Positions 56,113 through 62,901 of a stretch of 64,000 nt of DNA are shown here, piece after piece (within the stretch, counting starts at the first letter, position 1; each line of letters begins with the position of its first letter). The notes beneath the pieces are model-generated. The model was not told the DNA's origin. It did no database searches and saw nothing but the letters and a program-made list of their open reading frames with translations. The position numbers and the translations under genes were made by a program. Source of the stretch: Bacteroidales bacterium (GTDB taxonomy: Bacteria > Bacteroidota > Bacteroidia > Bacteroidales > JAQUTK01); assembly GCA_028709785.1 (NCBI GenBank), contig JAQUTK010000021.1:610-64609 (forward strand), given 5' to 3'.

Positions 56113-56143
56113 GAACGTATGTTTGAAATAACGCTTATATTTG
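56113..56143 (+). promoter_or_regulatory. Operator-promoter cassette E: GAACGTATGTTT, GAAATAA, and TATATTTG
   Basis: Palindrome variant at 56113-56124. -7 box at 56136-56143. Lies upstream of the DUF134 gene. Confidence 0.7.
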
Positions 56144-56180
56144 CAGCTTGTATTGTTATTAATTAATTGAAGCTATTCAG

Positions 56181-56603
56181 ATGGCAAGAACCAAACAAGA
56201 TAGAAAAATAGAAGCACCTCCGATTATGGAAGGCTTTAAGCCCTTTGGTATTCCCCGTCGGGCTTTAGATTCTGTTGTTTTAAGTCTGGATGAATACGAG
56301 TCTATAAGGCTACTGGATTACGAAGGATTGATGCAGGAGCAGGCTGCTGATCGCATGAACGTGTCGCGCCCCACATTGACGCGTATCTACGAAAATGCAC
56401 GAAAAGTGATTGCTCAGGCTTTTGTGGAGGGTAAGATGATCATAATTGATGGAGGAAATGTTGAATTTGACAGACAGTGGTTCAGATGTAAGCGATGCCA
56501 TAAGTTGATTGGGGGAATTGAAAATCATATCAAATGTAATAATTGTCCGACTTTTAATAACGATGAACTGACTCCCATCAATCATCCGGAGCAAACAGAA
56601 TGA
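56181..56603 (+). CDS. DUF134 (UPF0251) HTH protein with a C-terminal CxxC-x12-CxxC extension
   Basis: FKPFGIP, LSLDEYESIRLLDYEGLMQEQAADRMNVSRPTLTRIYENARKKV-type sigma70-region-4-like HTH. C-terminus: CKRC...CNNC. Confidence 0.8.
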   Translation: MARTKQDRKIEAPPIMEGFKPFGIPRRALDSVVLSLDEYESIRLLDYEGLMQEQAADRMNVSRPTLTRIYENARKVIAQAFVEGKMIIIDGGNVEFDRQWFRCKRCHKLIGGIENHIKCNNCPTFNNDELTPINHPEQTE

Positions 56604-57229
56604 AAGAAGAAAACAAGATAAAGGATACGTTTGTATCCAAAGCTGCCGAGTGGGATAGTCCCGATAAAGTGGCCATGACGAATAAGTTTGTCAACGAACT
56701 GTTGTCGCATATCCATCCGCTTCCCTCGTGGAAAGCACTGGAAATAGGTACGGGAACGGGTTTGGTTGGGTTACAGATTGAGCCGTTGGTGGGTATGCTG
56801 GTGATGGAAGATACATCGGAATCGATGCTCAATGTGTTGAGGCAGAAACTCAACAGCGAGAGTAAAGTGGAAATAGTGCACGGTGAAGTGTTTGACTACC
56901 AAGAGAGAGATATCGACTTTGTCTTCTCGGCGATGGCTTTTCATCATCTCCCGGACGTTAAGAAAACGATTCACCATTTGGCCACGATCACTAAAACCGA
57001 TGCGTATGTGGCTATCGGCGATCTGGTTACGGAGGATGGCTCGTTTCATCGCTTCGAACCGATTCCTCACTGTGGCTTTGATACCGTGCTCTTGTCGCAA
57101 CAGTTTGAGCAGGCCGGTTTTAAGGTGATACGGGTGAAAGTTTATAATACTCTCTCCCGATTGATGGATGGAGAGATGAGAAGTTATGATCAGTTTATGC
57201 TGATCGCTCAACGAAAAGAGAATGAATAA
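56600..57229 (+). CDS. Class I SAM-dependent methyltransferase
   Basis: ALEIGTGTGLVG motif I. ATGA overlap with the DUF134 gene. Confidence 0.8.
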   Translation: MKEENKIKDTFVSKAAEWDSPDKVAMTNKFVNELLSHIHPLPSWKALEIGTGTGLVGLQIEPLVGMLVMEDTSESMLNVLRQKLNSESKVEIVHGEVFDYQERDIDFVFSAMAFHHLPDVKKTIHHLATITKTDAYVAIGDLVTEDGSFHRFEPIPHCGFDTVLLSQQFEQAGFKVIRVKVYNTLSRLMDGEMRSYDQFMLIAQRKENE

Positions 57230-57250
57230 TATCTACAAATACAAAAGACA

Positions 57251-57625
57251 ATGAAGATTGCAGTTCCAACAAAAGAAAATAGCCAGATTGATAATCATTT
57301 TGGACATTGTGAGTTTTATACCCTTTTTACCATATCAGATAATAAGGAAGTAGTGGATGTGACAACCCTTGAGTCACCTCAGGGTTGTGGCTGTAAATCA
57401 AACATAGCTTCTACACTGGCTGCTATGGATGTGAAAGTGATGCTTGCCGGTGGAATCGGCGACGGAGCCATCAGCAAACTGGCGTCGAGTAATATTCAGG
57501 TTATACGCAACTGTCAGGGTGATGTGCGGGATTTGGTGATGAATTATCTGGCTGGATCTCTGAAAGATGGAGGAGCAAGTTGTGCGGCTCATAGTCACGA
57601 AGAGGGTCACGAATGTAACCGTTGA
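57251..57625 (+). CDS. NifX/NifB-C-terminal-like small protein 3
   Basis: MKIAVPT...HFGHCEFYTLF...VMLAGGIGDGAISKL, with a Cys/His-rich tail CAAHSHEEGHEC. Confidence 0.8.
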   Translation: MKIAVPTKENSQIDNHFGHCEFYTLFTISDNKEVVDVTTLESPQGCGCKSNIASTLAAMDVKVMLAGGIGDGAISKLASSNIQVIRNCQGDVRDLVMNYLAGSLKDGGASCAAHSHEEGHECNR

Positions 57626-58098
57626 GAAAAATGGATCAAACGGAAATAGAACAAAGGATACAAAAAGCCATAAGCTACTTTGAGAGTGGGTATAACTGTT
57701 CGCAGTCGGTCTTTATGGCCTATAGCGATCTCTATGGCATAGAACAGGAGACGGCTGCTAAAATAGCGACTTCTTTTGGGGGTGGCATGGGACGATTGCG
57801 CGAAGTGTGTGGCACGGTGAGCGGTATGTTTCTGATTTTGGGACTGCATTATCCCTTTACGGTGCCCACAGATAAGGAGGCCAAGAATACCAATTATAGG
57901 GCGGTGCAGCGTACGGCCAACTTGTTTAAAGCGGAGATGGGATCGTATATTTGTGCTGATCTGCTGAAGATCGGACGTGAACCGCAAGCTCCCGTGTCAT
58001 CGGAGCGGACAAAGGAGTATTACAGGATGCGTCCGTGTACGCGTTGTGTGGCGCTGGCTGCGGAGATCGTGGGTAAAGAGATTGCGGGCATCGGATAA
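57622..58098 (+). CDS. C_GCAxxG_C_C family redox-active protein
   Basis: YNCSQSV, GGGMGRLREVCGTVSG, CADLL, and the CTRCV motif arrangement. Confidence 0.8.
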   Translation: MRKMDQTEIEQRIQKAISYFESGYNCSQSVFMAYSDLYGIEQETAAKIATSFGGGMGRLREVCGTVSGMFLILGLHYPFTVPTDKEAKNTNYRAVQRTANLFKAEMGSYICADLLKIGREPQAPVSSERTKEYYRMRPCTRCVALAAEIVGKEIAGIG

Positions 58099-58118
58099 TT
58101 TGCCGAATAGATAAAACA

Positions 58119-58159
58119 GTTCAGCCGGGATCGCTTCGTAGGAAGTATCCCGGCTGAAC
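58119..58159. terminator. Bidirectional terminator hairpin between convergent genes
   Basis: GTTCAGCCGGGA / TCCCGGCTGAAC 12-bp stem. Confidence 0.7.
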
Positions 58160-58174
58160 GTTGTTTATTGTGGA

Positions 58175-59368
58175 TCAGCAAGCCATTTCTCCGGCGTTCT
58201 TTTTGGCGGAGAGCAGGTTGTATGCTCCTTTCGTTACGACTTGTAGCTTTTGCGCATCCACTCCTTCGGGCAGGATGACTTCGGTATATCCGGCATCGGT
58301 AAGTCCCACCTGCACCTCGATCATACGATACTCCGTAAACGGTTTGCCGTCTTCTTCTTTGTTCTTATCAAACGTAAAGATGTAGTTCTTGTCGTCAAAC
58401 TGGACAATGGCTTCGGAGGGTAGGGCCTTGGACATTGCGGCGGAAGTTTCGATAATCGCATTGACATACATGCCCGGTAATACGTTTTTGCAGGTGCCGG
58501 TCACATTGGCATAGACTTTATAGCTCTTGTTCGCATCCACCGATTTTGCGGTCTGATAGACCACTGCTTCATGTTGCTCGGACTCATTATTGATGAAAAA
58601 CGCAATCTTTTGTCCGGTCACTACTTTGTCCGCGTCTTTCTCAAACAAGGTCAGTTCGAGGAGCAACTTGTCGCTGTTGACGACTTCAAACAGCACATCT
58701 GTCGGGGAGACGAACCTACCGATATTCACATTAATCTTCGTGACTGCTCCGGCGATCGGCGACTTCAAATCGAAGGAACTTTTGATCGTATTCTCATTCA
58801 ACTGAGTCGGATCAATGCCGATGATCGTGAGCTTCTGTGCAAGAGCGGATACCTCTGCTTTCAGGTTCTTATACTCGGTAGTCACCTGCTGCATACTTTT
58901 CTGCGAATAAACATCCTCTTTGTACAACTCGGAATGGCGTTTATATTCCTCCTCCGCTAAAGCATAATTGTTTTTCGCCTTGAGGTAGCTTTGCTGCAGT
59001 TCGATAAACTCCTGATTTTCGATCACAGCCAGCGTCTGACCTTTGGCTACTGTGCTGCCTGCAATCAGAGTGGTGCTTTTAATAAAGCCACCCATGGGTG
59101 CACATACGGTTGCAAAATGCTGAGGAGCAACCGACACGATGCCGCTCACCTTCAAACGACCACTGAGCGTGCGTGCCTCTATTTTACCCAGTTGGATATT
59201 GGCCATCTTGATTTGGTCGGCACGCATTTCCACAATATCTTCCGGAATGACCTCCACTGCTTCACTCTCTTCTCCTGTCGTGGAACTGCCATTGCAGGCA
59301 GTCAAAGCTAGTACGAGAGCAAAAGAACATGCTCTTGTAATGAATTTAATATATGACATAGTACTCAT
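58175..59368 (-). CDS. Efflux RND periplasmic adaptor subunit (CusB/CzcB/HlyD-like)
   Basis: Lipobox LTAC after the internal Met, coiled-coil hairpin region, and beta-barrel motifs. Lies directly downstream of the TolC-like fragment. Confidence 0.85.
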   Translation of the reverse strand: MSTMSYIKFITRACSFALVLALTACNGSSTTGEESEAVEVIPEDIVEMRADQIKMANIQLGKIEARTLSGRLKVSGIVSVAPQHFATVCAPMGGFIKSTTLIAGSTVAKGQTLAVIENQEFIELQQSYLKAKNNYALAEEEYKRHSELYKEDVYSQKSMQQVTTEYKNLKAEVSALAQKLTIIGIDPTQLNENTIKSSFDLKSPIAGAVTKINVNIGRFVSPTDVLFEVVNSDKLLLELTLFEKDADKVVTGQKIAFFINNESEQHEAVVYQTAKSVDANKSYKVYANVTGTCKNVLPGMYVNAIIETSAAMSKALPSEAIVQFDDKNYIFTFDKNKEEDGKPFTEYRMIEVQVGLTDAGYTEVILPEGVDAQKLQVVTKGAYNLLSAKKNAGEMAC

Positions 59369-59369
59369 T

Positions 59370-59810
59370 TTAAAACGTTTTACCTGTAAGAAATTCAATA
59401 TCAATGATCGTCTGATTATAGCTGTTGAGCGCATCCAGATAATTCTGTCTGATCTCCAACGCCCTGTCCAGACTTAAAATATAGTCCAGATACTCCATGG
59501 CCCCCGCCTTGTATTCGCGGGTTGATTGGGCAATGATCAGATCAGCTTCCGGCACTGCCTGCTGTTCGTAATACGTTACACTGCCTGCCTGTTTTCCATA
59601 CTCATCCAGCAGTGTCCGGTAACTTTGCGAGAGTTCCTTTGTATAGTATTCCGCATCGGTACGAGCCTTGTTTACATTGATCTTCGCCGCTTTGTTGCGG
59701 GAGGTGTGACCGGTAAACAAAACCGGCACGGAGATACCTACCTGAATAGCGTTAAAGCGATTCATCAATATACGTCTATCTGGTGCCATTTCGTCTATCC
59801 CGAAGTACAT
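59370..59810 (-). pseudogene. C-terminal fragment (about 140 aa) of a TolC/CzcC-type outer membrane efflux protein
   Basis: The sequence ...FNAIQVGISVPVLF...KARTDAEYY...AEADLIIAQ...YKAGAMEYLDYILSLDRALEIRQNYLDALNSYNQTIIDIEFLTGK is the last repeat of a TolC family protein. The N-terminal two thirds are absent, and the IS110-like element begins just upstream. Confidence 0.65.
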
Positions 59811-59829
59811 GTCTTCCTATCTGTCTTTA

Positions 59830-61260
59830 TTTTGAGAGACAGAGTATCCCTGATAAAAATAAGAATTTTCCTCTTCAAGTTATTAACTTAGGCTCACTTC
59901 CTTGACGAATACCAGCCTTGTGCCAGTTTGCAAAATCGGGGTCTTACCACCACAAATTTAAGGGCTTGCACTAGTATTCGCATAGATACACGTCGGGGCT
60001 GTTTTCTAAACTCCCTAGGCTTTATAGGGTTCTCTTTTTGTGAGAACATTCCATATAATGACCAATAGTTTTCTTGCAATAGCTACCAATGCTTTTTGTG
60101 AAGACATCCGTTTTCTGAGTTCGTCAAACTTCATCCCCAACCGGGATAATTTATTGCGACTCGCTCCCCATGCGCATTGCACGAGTATGACACGCAGAAA
60201 CTTGTTTCCATGCATGATTTTACGAGATTTGATTCTTCCCGCACTTTCTTCATTTCGTGGTCTGAGACCTGCCCAGCCAGCTAAGGAGGAGGATGTTCTG
60301 AAAGAGGACAAGATATAGCCTAACTCGGATAAGATGGTCATTGCACTCTTCTGTTTGATACCCGGAATGGTCACGAGCAGTTCGATAGCATCCATGTAGC
60401 TTTCATCGCAGATACGAGCCATATTGTTCAGACAATCCTTTTGAAGTCTTTCATACATCTCGAGTTCTTCCAGATGGAGCTTGAGCATATCTATATCGAC
60501 CTGCCCGAAGATTCCATTCAGAGATTCACGTATGATATCCTTTCCATATTTGTTTTTGGTGCGGGTATGTGCGCATTCCACCAACTCCTCCGCAGTTGTC
60601 TTTCCCAGATAATGGATCTGAGCACCTTACGCATGCCTTGAGAGCCAATGTCTGAGATGTAGTTGCTGAATCGAATGTTGCAACGTTGCAGCTGCATGTT
60701 AATCGTTTGTTCACAGATGACGATTTTCTTGTTCAATCGGGAATAGCAACGTTCATACTGACGAAGTTCCTGAATGCCCTGCTCTGGCACATCCCTGCCA
60801 CACACCAATCCCTTCATCAGGACGGTGGCAATCCATAAGACATCCTTGACATCCGTTTTACGTACGGGAAGCTGTTTGATGAACAAGGGGTTAACCAACT
60901 TCATGTCAAAATGATTGACTAGGATCCGCCAGATGGGAATCCAATAAATACTTGTACTTTCCATGGCAACATAACGGACGTGAGAATCCAGAAGGGATTC
61001 TTTCAATAAAACCAAGTCCGATGTTAAAGTACTAAATTTGTGCTCTTTTTTAAAGCCAGATTCATCAATTATACACATAAAGACACTATCTTTGTGTACA
61101 TCAAGACCGCAGTATCGTTTCGTAGGCGTCGAATAAGATGTTTCCTATAAAGGTACAATAATAGATTGAACTTCGAGTTCGTAGGTACCCATTTTGAAGA
61201 TACGCGGTCTTGATCTTGCAGTCTTTTGATAACTAAAGCTCTTTTTTTATCAGGCACGCT
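59830..61260 (-). mobile_element. IS110-family insertion sequence (decayed); boundaries approximate
   Basis: Contains an IS110-type DEDD transposase reading frame (see 60015-61123). Flanked by a truncated TolC-like gene on one side and a promoter on the other. No terminal inverted repeats are expected for IS110. Confidence 0.6.
60015..61123 (-). pseudogene. IS110-family transposase with a mutated start codon and one frameshift
   Basis: The N-terminus reads (ACG)KRYCGLDVHKDSVFMCIIDESG with a TAG 7 codons upstream and no ATG. The frame breaks near 60585-60600 (..RSII / GKTTAEELVECAH..). The C-terminal Transposase_20-like part is GIKQKSAMTILSELG. Confidence 0.7.
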
Positions 61261-61272
61261 TATAAATCGCTA

Positions 61273-61288
61273 TTTTTATCTAAGTTTG
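61273..61288 (+). promoter_or_regulatory. Promoter 16-mer TTTTTATCTAAGTTTG, identical to 55884-55899 (minus strand)
   Basis: Exact match. Lies 47 nt upstream of the second Fur-family gene. Confidence 0.6.
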
Positions 61289-61334
61289 TTTTCAAATACA
61301 GTCTATAAACTGGCGTAACATTATACTATTATCC

Positions 61335-61745
61335 ATGAAAGATACAGACGACAAACTAACAAGTAGAAATATAAAACCAACTGCTATACGGGAGTTGGTT
61401 TTGGATATTTTAACGGAACAGAAAATGGCAATTAGCTTATCTGACTTAGAACAAAAGTTTCATAAATCAGATAGAGTCACATTATACCGCACTCTCAAAA
61501 CATTTGAGAAAAATAAGCTGATTCATAGCATAGACGATGGAACTGGTGCAGTTAAATACGCTCTATGTAAAGAATCATGTCAATGTCACCCGGAAGATTT
61601 ACATGTTCACTTTTTTTGCCTAAAATGTCAACATACATTTTGTCTGAGTGACATTCCAATTCCGTCTATCAATCTACCAGTTAATTTTAGTATGGAAAAC
61701 ATAAATATGGTTGTAAAAGGAGTTTGTTCGAACTGCAACAGTTAG
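61335..61745 (+). CDS. Fur family transcriptional regulator (second copy)
   Basis: TAIRELVLDIL...TLYRTLKTFEKNKLIH. HVHFFCLKC and CSNC. Confidence 0.8.
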   Translation: MKDTDDKLTSRNIKPTAIRELVLDILTEQKMAISLSDLEQKFHKSDRVTLYRTLKTFEKNKLIHSIDDGTGAVKYALCKESCQCHPEDLHVHFFCLKCQHTFCLSDIPIPSINLPVNFSMENINMVVKGVCSNCNS

Positions 61746-61814
61746 TTTGCAACTCAGTTGCATAAACTTTTTACTTATCTTTGCGGTTGTTCTAACAGTT
61801 GTAATCAAATTTCT

Positions 61815-62210
61815 ATGAACAGAATGGTGAAAAATAGTAAGTTTATTCTAATGTTACTGGCTGGTCTGGTAATATTACTTCATTCTACCATCCCTCATCA
61901 TCACCATTTCGATTGCTACAGTGACCATAATAATAGTAATTCTTGCCAATCAGAAAAAAGAGGTGAGTCTTCCTCTGAAGCCAATAAGCATTGTCATGCT
62001 CTAAACAGTATTGTTTTTACAAAAGCTAATGCAATAACTTTTAATGCGAATACTGCATCAACTGCTTTGTTGTTCGTTTTCGCGGCATTTGATCTGGTAA
62101 AACTCTACGACAGAGTTTTATTAACTACTTTTCCAATTAAAGATATTGTTATCTTAAAACAATATCTTTCCACACACCTATCCAATAGAGGTCCTCCTGC
62201 TTTAGTTTAA
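61815..62210 (+). CDS. Small membrane protein with a His cluster, paralog of 55081-55446
   Basis: The start is taken at MNRMVKN, downstream of the TATCTTTG box at 61776-61783. TM helix, then HSTIPHHHHF. C-terminal RGPPAL. Confidence 0.5.
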   Translation: MNRMVKNSKFILMLLAGLVILLHSTIPHHHHFDCYSDHNNSNSCQSEKRGESSSEANKHCHALNSIVFTKANAITFNANTASTALLFVFAAFDLVKLYDRVLLTTFPIKDIVILKQYLSTHLSNRGPPALV

Positions 62211-62285
62211 TTTCTTCTTACTAGTATTTTTATTTTTCTGATAGAAATATCAGGACTTTGTTATTGTACTTTAAATTCAGTTCAA

Positions 62286-62753
62286 ATGAATAAAAAGAAA
62301 CTGACAAAAAGAGAATTACGGGAAAGGCAGGTTTTCGAAGATAAAAAATTTAATCGGACCTTGCTGATTTGTTTTAGCTCACTTTTCATTTTTATAATTT
62401 TTTATTTAGTGTTTCATACCTTCTGGCATGATACAAAATACACCTACCGTCAATATGCATTATATGGCAAGCAAGTTCCGGCAGAACTTGTATGTATGAA
62501 TGGTGACAAACTTCTCAAGCATGAAAGCATAAAACTTAGTTACAAAGGGAAAAAATATTCCTTCTGCAATCAGGACTGCTATGATCATTTTGTCGACCAC
62601 TTTACGGAAGATGCATTTATCTCGGATCCGCTTTCAGGTGACACTATTTGCAAAGCAGCTGCTTTGTTGGGATTAAAAAATCGAGGGAATCCAGACATTG
62701 TTTATTTCCAAAACATAAAAACATTCAATCAGTATTATAAATCAAGAAAATAA
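62286..62753 (+). CDS. Membrane-anchored YHS/TRASH-domain metal-binding protein
   Basis: N-terminal TM helix, then YKGKKYSFCNQDCYDHF. Confidence 0.65.
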   Translation: MNKKKLTKRELRERQVFEDKKFNRTLLICFSSLFIFIIFYLVFHTFWHDTKYTYRQYALYGKQVPAELVCMNGDKLLKHESIKLSYKGKKYSFCNQDCYDHFVDHFTEDAFISDPLSGDTICKAAALLGLKNRGNPDIVYFQNIKTFNQYYKSRK

Positions 62754-62760
62754 ATGACTT

Positions 62761-62886
62761 GTGAAGAAACATAAAATTCAGCTAAAACAAGTAATAAAAT
62801 GGATTTTCATTACTATGGTCTGTTTGATTCTCATTATTGGAATCATTGCCAGAATTCAACACTTCTTCACAGTACATTTAAAATAA
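62761..62886 (+). CDS. Possible 41-aa single-TM peptide (GTG start)
   Basis: VKKHKIQLKQVIKWIFITMVCLILIIGIIARIQHFFTVHLK. It fills the gap just upstream of the RND pump gene. Not in the ORF track because of its size. Confidence 0.3.
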   Translation: MKKHKIQLKQVIKWIFITMVCLILIIGIIARIQHFFTVHLK

Positions 62887-62901
62887 ATCAACAATTAAAT
62901 T

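Noticed and set aside
58571-59477. Several + strand ORFs of 70-130 aa opposite the RND adaptor gene
   Set aside because: They are antisense to a well-supported lipoprotein adaptor gene. Their composition is typical of shadow frames.
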